Below, in pieces: positions 39,196-48,837 of a stretch of 64,000 nucleotides of DNA (position 1 is its first letter; every line of letters begins with the position of its first letter). The stretch lies in the IMG/VR virus record IMGVR_UViG_3300029288_000055, positions 170,764-234,763 of that record, one strand, 5' to 3'. The position numbers and the translations under genes are program-made. The stretch is from a virus (taxonomy: Duplodnaviria > Heunggongvirae > Uroviricota > Caudoviricetes). Below the pieces are notes generated by a model, which made no database searches, was not told the DNA's origin, and saw nothing but the letters and a program-made list of their open reading frames with translations.

Positions 39196-39441
39196 TTATT
39201 TCTTTTTGGTAAACCATTTCCAGCCACCAATTGCTGCTGATGCAAACAACCAAAGTCCTAACAGAACTTCTGCACCTACTACACCGTCTTTGCCATAGAT
39301 AATTGAATATGCTATAAAGATTATAAGGTAATTTAATACAATCATCCAATTTTTAATAAACCATGCTTTAACTGCAGGTATGGCAACGGTTGTTATCCAT
39401 GTCCAAATTTTTTTCCAAAGTGCTTTTAATTTTTCTATCAT
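39196..39441 (-). CDS. small membrane protein, holin-like
   Basis: Amphipathic N-terminus, two TM segments, basic C-terminus. Confidence 0.5.
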   Translation of the reverse strand: MIEKLKALWKKIWTWITTVAIPAVKAWFIKNWMIVLNYLIIFIAYSIIYGKDGVVGAEVLLGLWLFASAAIGGWKWFTKKK

Positions 39442-39466
39442 TTTTATGTGTTTTTAATTAAAATTT

Positions 39467-39919
39467 TTAATATTGATTTTCTTCATCAAAAAAAGTTACT
39501 GTACATATTTTAGTTTTAAAATCAAAATCTAACGTGTCAACATAAAGCGTTTTACCCAAACGTAAATTAGCTTCTGTTACTTTAAATTTCCAAGGAAATT
39601 CAGCAATATTTTTATCGTTTTCTTGTTCAACTTCATCAGACTGTTTATTAAGTAACACAACCTTATATGTACCATCAACGCCATCAATTTCAACAAAGAA
39701 ATTTTCAACGCCAAAATCATTTAACCAAAAACCAATATGCCAATTAATGAAAAGATCGCTTTCATTAACATCAACATCAAAGTCGTTTGAAAATGATTCG
39801 AAATTATAAAATGAAGAATTTTTTATTTCCTGACGAAATTTAAAGTTTTCGTGCTCCATTGAATATGCTTCTTTTAGCAACCTAACATATTCTTCACGAA
39901 TAATATTATTTATTTTCAT
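39467..39919 (-). CDS. hypothetical protein with IIREE N-terminal motif
   Basis: MKINNIIREEYVRLLKE; upstream GTATTTATA. Confidence 0.55.
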   Translation of the reverse strand: MKINNIIREEYVRLLKEAYSMEHENFKFRQEIKNSSFYNFESFSNDFDVDVNESDLFINWHIGFWLNDFGVENFFVEIDGVDGTYKVVLLNKQSDEVEQENDKNIAEFPWKFKVTEANLRLGKTLYVDTLDFDFKTKICTVTFFDEENQY

Positions 39920-39994
39920 TAAACGTCTAATTTTCTATAAATACTCTATGATATCTTAAAATTCTTTTATATGTTTGCGTTCTAATGTTATAAT

Positions 39995-40513
39995 ATGTTG
40001 GGAACACCAAAGCAAAAGTATACTTCAGCAAAAACATCTATAAAACAAGTACCAGCAGGATTTAAAATAGTTGAAAAATATTTCGGTTGGCAAGCAAACA
40101 CAATTAATCTGGATATTGGTGGGGGAAAATATGACTTGATGACTGAAAAATTATTAGAAAAAAATGTAACTAATTTGATTTTTGACCCGTATAATAGAAG
40201 TTTGAAGCACAACATTAGGGTTATATATAAAATTGCTAAGAACGATGTTGATACTGCAACTATTTTTAATGTGTTAAATGTAATCATGGAACATGAAATC
40301 CAGTTAAATGTATTAAAGCTGGCGAAATCTGCACTTAAAATTGGCGGTCATGTGTTTATCAGGTCAACATATAAGAATCCTGTAAAGGTCTCTGGAGTGA
40401 CAAAATCAGGCACATTTCAACATTATTTAACTCAAAAGGAATATTTGAAAATAGTTAAAGAAATTTTTCCAAATGCAAAATTAGAATACGGCATAATATA
40501 TGCAACAAAATGA
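39995..40513 (+). CDS. SAM-dependent methyltransferase-like protein
   Basis: LDIGGGKYD, FDPYN, NVLNVI. Confidence 0.65.
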   Translation: MLGTPKQKYTSAKTSIKQVPAGFKIVEKYFGWQANTINLDIGGGKYDLMTEKLLEKNVTNLIFDPYNRSLKHNIRVIYKIAKNDVDTATIFNVLNVIMEHEIQLNVLKLAKSALKIGGHVFIRSTYKNPVKVSGVTKSGTFQHYLTQKEYLKIVKEIFPNAKLEYGIIYATK

Positions 40514-41532
40514 AAGAAAAAAACGGCTTATTAATTAATGAAAATTACTGGCGTAATATGTCGCCAATGGAATTAGAAAATTTTGCTCAGAAAATTTTTA
40601 TACATTACAGAGAAAATGGTTTTCCTTATTATCCAACAGATATTGAAATAAGACAAAAAGATTTTGAGCAGTTAATGAATTATGATTTCAAAGCGTTATT
40701 TGAAAATAATATAATAAAGCAATCGATGCATGGTCTTGGACTTGCGTGGTCATATTTTCCACACTCATTCAATGTCAGGTCAAATGATAAAATGACTCCA
40801 TATGAAGCATTTATGGATGATGAAATTTTCATAAAAGTCATCAAAAAACGTTTACAGATGGGTACATATATATCAGACTCTGGCATAAGAAAGATGTTGA
40901 AAATATTTACGGGCGTACAGGGAGTATCGAATTTCAGACCAACAGCAGCAGCATGCATTTATAATACGTTTGCTAAAGACGGTGTAGTTTGGGATATGTC
41001 AGGTGGTTGGGGTGGAAGATTGCTGGGGGCAATTGCTGGTGGGGTTCAGAACTATATTACGACTGAACCTTCAGAGTTAACACATAAAGGCTTGACAGAA
41101 ATGGCTTATTGTTTTTGTCCCAAAGGCATGGATTACATGATCTTGAAAATGGGAAGTGAAGTATTTAGACCAGACAAGAACAGCTTAGATTTGTGTTTCA
41201 CATCACCGCCATATTTTGATCTTGAAAAATATAGTGAAGAACCTTCACAGAGCTATATCAAATTTAATACGAAAGATACATGGGTTGAAGGATTTTTGAG
41301 ACCAACATTTAAAAATTCTTATTATGGATTAAAACAAGGTGGATATATGTTGATTAATATTGCTGATGTAAAAGGCAAACACAATGTTAATTTGGAATGG
41401 GAAACTATTATAACTGCAGAAAGTATTGGTTTTACACATGAAAACACGCTTCAATTAGCACTTTCAAATGTAAATTTGCGTGATAAAGGAAAGAAGTTTA
41501 AGTATGAACCTATTTATGTATTTAAGAAATGA
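40510..41532 (+). CDS. DNA amino-methyltransferase (SPPY type)
   Basis: WDMSGGWGGRLLG motif I; FTSPPYFDLEKYS motif IV. Confidence 0.8.
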   Translation: MKEKNGLLINENYWRNMSPMELENFAQKIFIHYRENGFPYYPTDIEIRQKDFEQLMNYDFKALFENNIIKQSMHGLGLAWSYFPHSFNVRSNDKMTPYEAFMDDEIFIKVIKKRLQMGTYISDSGIRKMLKIFTGVQGVSNFRPTAAACIYNTFAKDGVVWDMSGGWGGRLLGAIAGGVQNYITTEPSELTHKGLTEMAYCFCPKGMDYMILKMGSEVFRPDKNSLDLCFTSPPYFDLEKYSEEPSQSYIKFNTKDTWVEGFLRPTFKNSYYGLKQGGYMLINIADVKGKHNVNLEWETIITAESIGFTHENTLQLALSNVNLRDKGKKFKYEPIYVFKK

Positions 41533-42614
41533 AAATGTTAGAAAAAATTGATTGGAAGGTTCTCTGCACATATGTAGAAAATAGCCTCATTATTGCAAAC
41601 AAACATCCAGAATTGGATATTTGGATACTTAATTATTCTCCAAAAGTTCAGTCAAAAAAGTTCTGGGATGAATATACCTTATCTTGTCGTGGATTGGTAA
41701 TTGATGCTGAAGGTAACATCTTAGCTCGTCCATTCGAAAAGTTCATGAATTACGAAGAATATGACCCATCAGAAATTGACTGGTCAAAGGACTTTGATGT
41801 ATTCGAAAAAATGGATGGTTCATTGATTATTATATTTTATTATGAACCAAGAATGAAATGGATAGTAGCTTCCAGAGGGTCATTTATTTCTGAACAAGCA
41901 CTTGAAGCACAAAAAATGATTACAGTTACAGATTATGGCAAACTGGATATTGAATACACATATCTATTTGAAGCAATTTATCCAGAAAACCGAATCGTTG
42001 TTAATTATGGTAATAGAAGAGAACTTGTGTTACTTACCAAAATTAATACAAATACTGGTGCTGAAATAAATAACGATGAATTGGTTAACAAGTATTCAAA
42101 GCATTTTACAGTTGTGAAGAAATTTCAACTTAAATCATTTGATGAATTAAAACAATTAATAAAAAATGGTGAAGATAATAGTGAAGGTTTTGTTATTAGA
42201 TTCTCTGATGGCTTAAGATTAAAAATGAAATTTGCTGAATACTGCAGATTGCATGCAATATTAACAAATGTTTCTAATTTAACTGTTTGGGAACATTTGA
42301 TAAATAATTATGATTTTGATGCATTATATGACAGAGTTCCAGATGAATTTTACAACTGGCTAAAAAGAACAATAAAAGCAATACAGTCAGAATTCAATGA
42401 GATCGAAAGAAAAGCATTGAAAGAATTCATTAGAATTTACTATGTAAATGGAATTACTGTTCGTAAGGATTTCGCAATGGAAGCGATAAAAACAGAATAC
42501 CAGTCAATATTATTTAAATTGTACGACAAAAGATCATATGATGAAATCATTTGGAAATTAGTGCGACCAGTTTACAGTAAGCCGTTTCGAGACGGTTTTG
42601 AATATAGCATATAA
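41529..42614 (+). CDS. RNA ligase, T4 Rnl1-like
   Basis: CRGLV, RPFEKFMN, EKMDGSL, SRGSF, FEAIYPENRIVV, EGFV, KMK. Confidence 0.88.
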   Translation: MKMLEKIDWKVLCTYVENSLIIANKHPELDIWILNYSPKVQSKKFWDEYTLSCRGLVIDAEGNILARPFEKFMNYEEYDPSEIDWSKDFDVFEKMDGSLIIIFYYEPRMKWIVASRGSFISEQALEAQKMITVTDYGKLDIEYTYLFEAIYPENRIVVNYGNRRELVLLTKINTNTGAEINNDELVNKYSKHFTVVKKFQLKSFDELKQLIKNGEDNSEGFVIRFSDGLRLKMKFAEYCRLHAILTNVSNLTVWEHLINNYDFDALYDRVPDEFYNWLKRTIKAIQSEFNEIERKALKEFIRIYYVNGITVRKDFAMEAIKTEYQSILFKLYDKRSYDEIIWKLVRPVYSKPFRDGFEYSI

Positions 42615-42640
42615 AAGCGAAGGTAACTTCGCTTTTTTTT
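42613..42640 (+). terminator. intrinsic terminator
   Basis: aaagcgaag-gtaa-cttcgcttt plus T-tract. Confidence 0.75.
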
Positions 42641-42665
42641 ATGTATTTATATGAAATATTGATTA

Positions 42666-43994
42666 ATGAACATCATTGACATTATAAAAGAAGAAATTGA
42701 ACAATTTGATTGGGGTAAAGAAAAAGTTGCAGATAGACCAATAAAACCAAATGAATTTATTTATCATAGTTCTGATATAAATAACAGAGAAGGCATATTG
42801 CGCAATGGATTAGAACTTAGAACGGGTGATAATTATTTAGGATATGTTGGTCGAGAAAAAAAAGCAATACCTGCGATTTTTGCAACGGCAACATATAATG
42901 ATGTAACTGGCGGTATGCCCAATACCCCTGAAGATATTTGGGAAATTAATACTCGAAAAATAGATAATGAATGGTTTGCGGATAAACATTTTTCTGATTT
43001 TGGTTTACCAAATAATCCACATATGGTAACATTTAAAAACATTCCAGCAAATGCATTAAAATTAGTTCATAAAGGATATGATTATATGGCACAATTAAGG
43101 CAAAAACAAAATATGGATGAAGATATTACTTCTCAGTATATACATTTGCAAAGATGCCAAACAGGTGAAGTAAATAATGTCTGGGATTTTAATGTTGTAA
43201 ATGGTCAAAACGGTGAAGGCATATACGCATTTCTTGCTGGCGACAAACCAATGAAAGATTATTACTGTAAAAATGGTGAGAATATTCATTCATTTAAAAT
43301 CGAAAAAAAATATATAAAAGACTTATCAAACCTTAAATTAGATTATTGGGATGTTAAAAAATTTATTTATAATAATTCACAATATAAAGCATTTATTTTT
43401 AAGCATGTGGGACATGGAATACCATCTTCAAAAGAAGTATTAATAACCGACCCCAAAATAATTATATTGGATAATTCAGACATAATGAACGAAGAATATA
43501 ATCACACTAATTATTTAAAGTGGAAAAGACAAAACGTAACCCTAAGAGGGGTGCGTAATAATGTCGGTACACCTAATAGCGAAGATGATGAAGGAAATTT
43601 CTTAACCGCCTTTGGTGATGTACTTGGTAAAGGATTATATACTGCAGCTTTAAGCAATAAAGGAATGGCAAAACAATATGGTAAAGTATATTATGTACTA
43701 AATGCCATACCCAAACATCCGATGGTTTTTAATACTTTAAATGATTGGCAAATCTGGTTTGGCAATACACTTGTGGGTGATTTTACAAAACAACGGGGTG
43801 CAAATTATCCAGACAAACGAATTTTTAATGCCGAAACAACCATTGAAAAAGAAATGATGAAGCGTAGTTATGACGGAATTATAATAAGAGGAAGAGAAAT
43901 GGTTAATTTTACGCCACCAGATAACGTACTGTATTTCAGCACTGAACAAGAACTAATGAATTATTATGAAATCGTAATTGAAAATAATGTGTAA
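42666..43994 (+). CDS. multidomain protein with tandem ADP-ribosyltransferase-like modules
   Basis: YHSS...ILRNGL; GEGIYAF...EVLITDP; GKGLYTA...AKQYG...YDGII...EMVNF. Confidence 0.5.
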   Translation: MNIIDIIKEEIEQFDWGKEKVADRPIKPNEFIYHSSDINNREGILRNGLELRTGDNYLGYVGREKKAIPAIFATATYNDVTGGMPNTPEDIWEINTRKIDNEWFADKHFSDFGLPNNPHMVTFKNIPANALKLVHKGYDYMAQLRQKQNMDEDITSQYIHLQRCQTGEVNNVWDFNVVNGQNGEGIYAFLAGDKPMKDYYCKNGENIHSFKIEKKYIKDLSNLKLDYWDVKKFIYNNSQYKAFIFKHVGHGIPSSKEVLITDPKIIILDNSDIMNEEYNHTNYLKWKRQNVTLRGVRNNVGTPNSEDDEGNFLTAFGDVLGKGLYTAALSNKGMAKQYGKVYYVLNAIPKHPMVFNTLNDWQIWFGNTLVGDFTKQRGANYPDKRIFNAETTIEKEMMKRSYDGIIIRGREMVNFTPPDNVLYFSTEQELMNYYEIVIENNV

Positions 43995-44010
43995 AATAAA
44001 TGTAATTTTA

Positions 44011-44042
44011 TTTGGAAATGTCGTATTTATAAAATACATTTG
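44011..44042 (+). promoter_or_regulatory. Bacteroidota primary-sigma promoter, tRNA operon C
   Basis: TTTG(44011)-N20-TACATTTG(44035). Confidence 0.78.
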
Positions 44043-44080
44043 TCATCTGAATTTTTAAGAAACAAATAAAGAATAAAGCA

Positions 44081-44173
44081 ATGAGAACATTTGGTACATA
44101 TTATTACGGTAAAAAATCTTATAAGAAACAGCTTATAGGAATCGGGAATACTATGACCAAAGGTAAAATATAA
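44081..44173 (+). CDS. leader peptide C, MRTFGTYYYGKKSYKKQLIGIGNTMTKGKI
   Basis: YYYGKKSYKK cluster. Confidence 0.85.
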   Translation: MRTFGTYYYGKKSYKKQLIGIGNTMTKGKI

Positions 44174-44202
44174 CTTTCGTACTTTTTTTCATAATTAAGA
44201 CT

Positions 44203-44234
44203 AACCCGATTCGCAAGATCGGGTTTTTTGTTTT
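44203..44234 (+). terminator. attenuator terminator C
   Basis: aacccgat-tcgcaag-atcgggtt plus T-tract; 5' arm complementary to leader gaatcggg (44139-44146). Confidence 0.85.
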
Positions 44235-44369
44235 GCATAAAAACGTATATTGTTGCATAAAAACTCTTAGAATATGAAAAACAGGTATAAAAAGGCATAT
44301 TTCATGAAAAACGTTTATTACCCGTGAAAAACGTTTAAAAAACAGTATGTTTCATGAAAAACGGGTTTT

Positions 44370-44442
44370 GCGCTCGTAACTCAGTTGGTAGAGTAACGGA
44401 CCTTTAATCCGTGAGTCGTGGGTTCGACCCCCACCGGGCGCA
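44370..44442 (+). tRNA. tRNA-Lys(TTT), C33
   Basis: gcgctcg/cgggcgc, acgga-cctttaa-tccgt. Confidence 0.88.
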
Positions 44443-44499
44443 CTTAAGGTATAGTTTAGGTATTTTCTGTATCCATATTAACTGAAATATCCACAAGTT

Positions 44500-44570
44500 G
44501 TACCCGTAGCAAAGGGGATATGCCCTTGGCTTTTAACCAAGTGACGTAGGTTCGATTCCTACCGGGTACA
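44500..44570 (+). tRNA. tRNA-Lys(TTT)
   Basis: gtacccg/cgggtac, cttgg-cttttaa-ccaag. Confidence 0.88.
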
Positions 44571-44576
44571 CAAATT

Positions 44577-44657
44577 GGGTACGTTGAGCAATTGGTTGGC
44601 TCGCCTGACTGTAGATCAGGTTCTTCGGACGTAGGGGTTCGAGTCCCTTCGTACCCA
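44577..44657 (+). tRNA. tRNA-Tyr(GTA), G37
   Basis: gggtacg/cgtaccc, cctga-ctgtaga-tcagg, variable arm. Confidence 0.88.
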
Positions 44658-44663
44658 CAAATA

Positions 44664-44739
44664 GACTCCGTAGCTTAATTGGTGAAGCTGCACTCCCTTA
44701 AAGTGAGGATTATGGGTTCGAGTCCCATCGGGGTCACCA
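44664..44739 (+). tRNA. tRNA-Lys(CTT), C33
   Basis: gactccg/cggggtc, cact-cccttaa-agtg, CCA. Confidence 0.85.
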
Positions 44740-44750
44740 AATTTTTTATT

Positions 44751-44987
44751 ATGGAAACAATTAAAACAATTGTAAACGGAACACAAGCAACTTTAAGCCA
44801 CGTATGTAATGGCAAAGCATGCTATAAAATTATGACTGCAGATCACATATATCAACTTGAAATCAATTTGATGGATTCTGAATGGAAGGATGTATACGTA
44901 TATCCTGAATACAAGACGATTACCTTAATGCGTTGGATACGCAAGGGCATCGAGAATGATGACGGTTCATTCATTATGATGAAATAA
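44751..44987 (+). CDS. hypothetical protein
   Basis: METIKTIV... ORF between tRNAs. Confidence 0.55.
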   Translation: METIKTIVNGTQATLSHVCNGKACYKIMTADHIYQLEINLMDSEWKDVYVYPEYKTITLMRWIRKGIENDDGSFIMMK

Positions 44988-44993
44988 TATGCT

Positions 44994-45075
44994 GGGTAGG
45001 ATGGTAAGTGGGCGAAATCAATGGTCTGTAAAACCCCCGCCTTTGGCTATGCAGGTTCGAATCCTGCCCTACCCA
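44994..45075 (+). tRNA. tRNA-Tyr(GTA), weak anticodon stem
   Basis: gggtagg/cctaccc, ggt-ctgtaaa-acc, variable arm. Confidence 0.75.
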
Positions 45076-45223
45076 CACTAATCTTACAAAATTTATTTTT
45101 TGTAAGATTTTTTATTTCAGTCACTTATAATTTTTATTTAGTCTAAATAAAAATAACTCTTGCATTTTTAATTAAAAGTATTTATATTTACAAAAATAAT
45201 TTTATGCTTAAGTATTATGAAAA

Positions 45224-46093
45224 ATGGCTAAAAACAAAAAGAAAGTAACTACAACCGTAGTTACAACCGTTGTTACGGAAACAATAATTCCTACCAACGA
45301 GAAAACACACATTATTTGTATTCTTGATCGCAGTGGTTCAATGGCAGGTATTATGACCCCTTCTATTAGTGGATTCAACGAATTCCTTGGAAAACAAAAA
45401 GCACTTCCAGATAAAGCAACTATTACAGTTGTATTATTTGATGATCAATATGAAATACTTTATAATAATGTTGATATTAAACAAGCTGAGTTGCTTACTG
45501 AGAAAGTTTGGTTTGCAAGAGGTATGACAGCATTGTATGATGCAATTGGTAAAACAATTAACACTGAGAGAGCAAATCTTAATCGTCTTGGTGCTGAAAA
45601 ACCTTCAAAAGTATTGGTTTGCATAGTAACTGATGGGTTAGAAAATGCAAGTGAAGAATATAAAAAAGAAGAAGGTAGAAAAAGAATTATTTCTCTTATT
45701 AGAGAATGTGAAAAAGAGGACTGGAATTTCTTGTATCTTGCAGCAAATCAAGATGCATTCGCAGTTGGTACAGGATTCGGCATAAGCGGTGGTAATACTA
45801 TCACATATAGTGCTACACTACAAGGTGTTTCACATATGTCACAAACATTGAATTGTGTTTCAACTTCATATAGGGGTATGAGTGCAAATAGTGGTGATTT
45901 TCAAAAAAAATCAAAATCTTTGATTGATGATAACGAACCTGAAGAAGATAAAAAAGATGAACCACAAAACCTAACAGGTAATATTATTACAAATGGTGTT
46001 AGTGGAAATTTCACTCTTGGCGGTGGTAATAGCGGTGGTAATACTATTACTTCTTCCAACACAGCAGTTATTGATTCAAAAGACGTAAAATAA
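45224..46093 (+). CDS. vWA domain protein
   Basis: ILDRSGSM MIDAS, TALYDAIG, IVTDGLENAS. Confidence 0.85.
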   Translation: MAKNKKKVTTTVVTTVVTETIIPTNEKTHIICILDRSGSMAGIMTPSISGFNEFLGKQKALPDKATITVVLFDDQYEILYNNVDIKQAELLTEKVWFARGMTALYDAIGKTINTERANLNRLGAEKPSKVLVCIVTDGLENASEEYKKEEGRKRIISLIRECEKEDWNFLYLAANQDAFAVGTGFGISGGNTITYSATLQGVSHMSQTLNCVSTSYRGMSANSGDFQKKSKSLIDDNEPEEDKKDEPQNLTGNIITNGVSGNFTLGGGNSGGNTITSSNTAVIDSKDVK

Positions 46094-46282
46094 TTTTCTG
46101 TTTTTATATTAAATCCGCTTTTTTGAGGGGTACTTTTTAGTACCCTTTTTTATTTAAAAGTGTATGCCTGAATTGATTAAAATTTATTTGAATATTATTG
46201 ACGATATTTGAATAAAACCTTGTATTTATGAATGCTTATCAATATATTTGTAACCCATAATTTATAAAAAATTATTATTCTT

Positions 46283-48835
46283 ATGACAGATAAAAATCTT
46301 AAAAGTTTTCCCAAACAAGAAGTCGAAAAATCAACATTACAATATTTTAAAGGCGATGAATTAGCAGCACATGTTTGGATGAAAAAATATTGCTTAAAAG
46401 ACGAAAAAAATTATTACGAACTCAACCCAGACGATATGCATCATCGTATTGCAAAAGAAATTGCAAGAATAGAAGCAAAATATCCCAATCCAATCCCCGA
46501 AGAAGAAGTTTACAATACAATAAAAAATTTTGAACGAATCATACCACAAGGTTCACCAATGTCAGGTATTGGCAATAATCTTCAGGTAGTTTCTCTTAGT
46601 AATTGTTTTGTTGTTGGTAATGACGGCAATGGTGATAGTTATGGCGGGATTATTAAAATCGATCAAGAAATAGCACAATTAGAAAAAAGACGTGGTGGCG
46701 TAGGTACTGATATGTCATTCGTTAGACCTTTTGGTAGTCCTGTAAAGAATAGTGCAATTACCAGTACTGGCGTTGTGCCTTTCATGGAAAGATATTCAAA
46801 TACTACAAAAGAAGTGGCACAAGATGGTCGCAGGGGTGCATTAATGCTTAGTATTTCAATTAAACATCCAGATTCAGAAAGATTTATTGATGCGAAATTT
46901 GAACAGGGTAAAGTTACTGGTGCAAACGTATCAGTAAAAATTGATGATGATTTTATGAATTCTGCAATACAGGGAACTACATATTTTCAACAATATCCAA
47001 TTATTGGTACACCAAAAATGAGCAAAGATATTGATGCACAAAAACTTTGGAAAAAAATTATATTTAATGCTTGGCGTTCAGCCGAACCCGGTGTGCTGTT
47101 CTGGGATGCTATCATGCGTGAGAGTGTGCCCGATTGTTATGCAGACTTAGGATTTAAAACCTTATCAACAAATCCTTGTGGTGAAATACCTTTATGCCCC
47201 GATGATAGTTGTCGATTACTTTCACTTAATTTATTTGGTTATGTGAAATATCCATTTACAATAAATGCATATTTTGATTGGGAATTGTTCAAGAAAGATG
47301 TACAGATTGCTATGCGTTATATGGATGATATTGTCGATCTTGAAATAGAAAAAATTGATGCAATACTTGTTAAAATATATTCAGACCCAGAAGATGAATT
47401 TCTCAAACTATATGAAATAAAACTTTGGGAAAGAATTAAAGATAAAACAATTAGAGGTCGTAGAACTGGATTGGGAGTAACTGCAGAAGGTGACATGCTT
47501 GCAGCAATTGGACTTCGTTATGGTACAGATGAAGCCACCAATTTTAGTGAAAAAGTTCATAACACACTTAAATTAAATGCTTATCGTTCAAGTGTTATAA
47601 TGGCACAAGAACGTGGAGCATTTCCGATATATGACGCTGAAAGAGAAATAAATAATCCTTTCATTACAAGAATATTGAAAGAGGATGAAGTATTATATGC
47701 CGAAATGGTTACTTATGGTCGTAGAAATATTGCTTTATTGACCATAGCACCAACAGGTACTGCCAGTTTAATGACACAAACTACTTCAGGTATTGAACCT
47801 TGTTTTTCACCTGTATATAAAAGACGTAGAAAAATTAATCCACAAGAAAAAGATGTAAGAATTGATTTTGTGGATGACGAAGGTATTGCTTGGCAAGAGT
47901 ATCCAGTATTTCATCATAAATTTGAAATGTGGCTTGAAATAAATGGATATGACGCAAATGTTGTCAAAAGTATGAGTGATGAACAACGCAATGAAATCGT
48001 TAAGAAATCTCCATATTATAAAGCAACTTCTGAAGACGTTGATTGGGTAAAAAAAGTTGAAATGCAAGGTCGTATACAGAAACAAGTAGATCATAGTATA
48101 TCAGTAACCGTTAATCTGCCAAAAGATATTACAGAAGAAATGGTTGCAAAAGTATATGAAACTGGCTGGAAAAGTGGTTGTAAAGGCATTACTGTTTATC
48201 GTGATGGCTCACGTAGTGGAGTTCTGGTTGCGGATGACTCAAAAAAAGATGCAGAATTTCATGAAAATCATGCACCGAAACGTCCAAAAAGACTTAAAGG
48301 TGAAATTCATAGATTTCAAAATAATTTAGAAAAATGGATTGCTGTTGTAGGCATGAAAGACGGCAGACCATATGAAATCTTTACTGGTAAACTTGAAAAT
48401 GGATTAAGTAAATTACCACCACATGTAAAAGAATGTGAAGTAGTTAAAAATCTTATTGACGGTCTTGATGCAGAAGGTAAACCCACCAAAATCAAGAGGT
48501 ATGATATTGAATATATTGATATTGATGGAGTAAAACAAATTCATACTGGATTGAATCATGCATTTAATCCTGAATTTTGGAATTATGCTAAATTGATCTC
48601 AGGTATTATGAGACATGGAATGCCAATTGTTAAACTTTATGAATTAATTGATTCATTAAACTTTAAAGAAGATTATATCAACACTTGGAAGAATGGTGTT
48701 GCACGTGTGATCAAAAGATATGTTAAAGACGGAGAAAAGGGCAAAGGCAAGTGTCCTGAATGCGGTAGTGATCATCTTGAATTCAAAGAAGGTTGTTTAA
48801 CATGCATGGCTTGTGGAAATAGTAAATGTGGATAA
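46283..48835 (+). CDS. nrdJ: class II (adenosylcobalamin-dependent) ribonucleotide reductase
   Basis: SLSNCF, TNPCGEIPL, TIAPTGT, GCKGITVYRDGSR, C-terminal CPECG...CLTCMACGNSKCG; no beta subunit nearby. Confidence 0.9.
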   Translation: MTDKNLKSFPKQEVEKSTLQYFKGDELAAHVWMKKYCLKDEKNYYELNPDDMHHRIAKEIARIEAKYPNPIPEEEVYNTIKNFERIIPQGSPMSGIGNNLQVVSLSNCFVVGNDGNGDSYGGIIKIDQEIAQLEKRRGGVGTDMSFVRPFGSPVKNSAITSTGVVPFMERYSNTTKEVAQDGRRGALMLSISIKHPDSERFIDAKFEQGKVTGANVSVKIDDDFMNSAIQGTTYFQQYPIIGTPKMSKDIDAQKLWKKIIFNAWRSAEPGVLFWDAIMRESVPDCYADLGFKTLSTNPCGEIPLCPDDSCRLLSLNLFGYVKYPFTINAYFDWELFKKDVQIAMRYMDDIVDLEIEKIDAILVKIYSDPEDEFLKLYEIKLWERIKDKTIRGRRTGLGVTAEGDMLAAIGLRYGTDEATNFSEKVHNTLKLNAYRSSVIMAQERGAFPIYDAEREINNPFITRILKEDEVLYAEMVTYGRRNIALLTIAPTGTASLMTQTTSGIEPCFSPVYKRRRKINPQEKDVRIDFVDDEGIAWQEYPVFHHKFEMWLEINGYDANVVKSMSDEQRNEIVKKSPYYKATSEDVDWVKKVEMQGRIQKQVDHSISVTVNLPKDITEEMVAKVYETGWKSGCKGITVYRDGSRSGVLVADDSKKDAEFHENHAPKRPKRLKGEIHRFQNNLEKWIAVVGMKDGRPYEIFTGKLENGLSKLPPHVKECEVVKNLIDGLDAEGKPTKIKRYDIEYIDIDGVKQIHTGLNHAFNPEFWNYAKLISGIMRHGMPIVKLYELIDSLNFKEDYINTWKNGVARVIKRYVKDGEKGKGKCPECGSDHLEFKEGCLTCMACGNSKCG

Positions 48836-48837
48836 TT

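Noticed and set aside
44234-44365. CRISPR array
   Set aside because: Units are about 10 nt, degenerate and lack spacer-length intervals; no cas genes in the window.
46283-48835. Intron or intein in nrdJ (also checked terL and portal)
   Set aside because: Continuous ORFs of ordinary length, without obvious intein splice motifs or endonuclease inserts.
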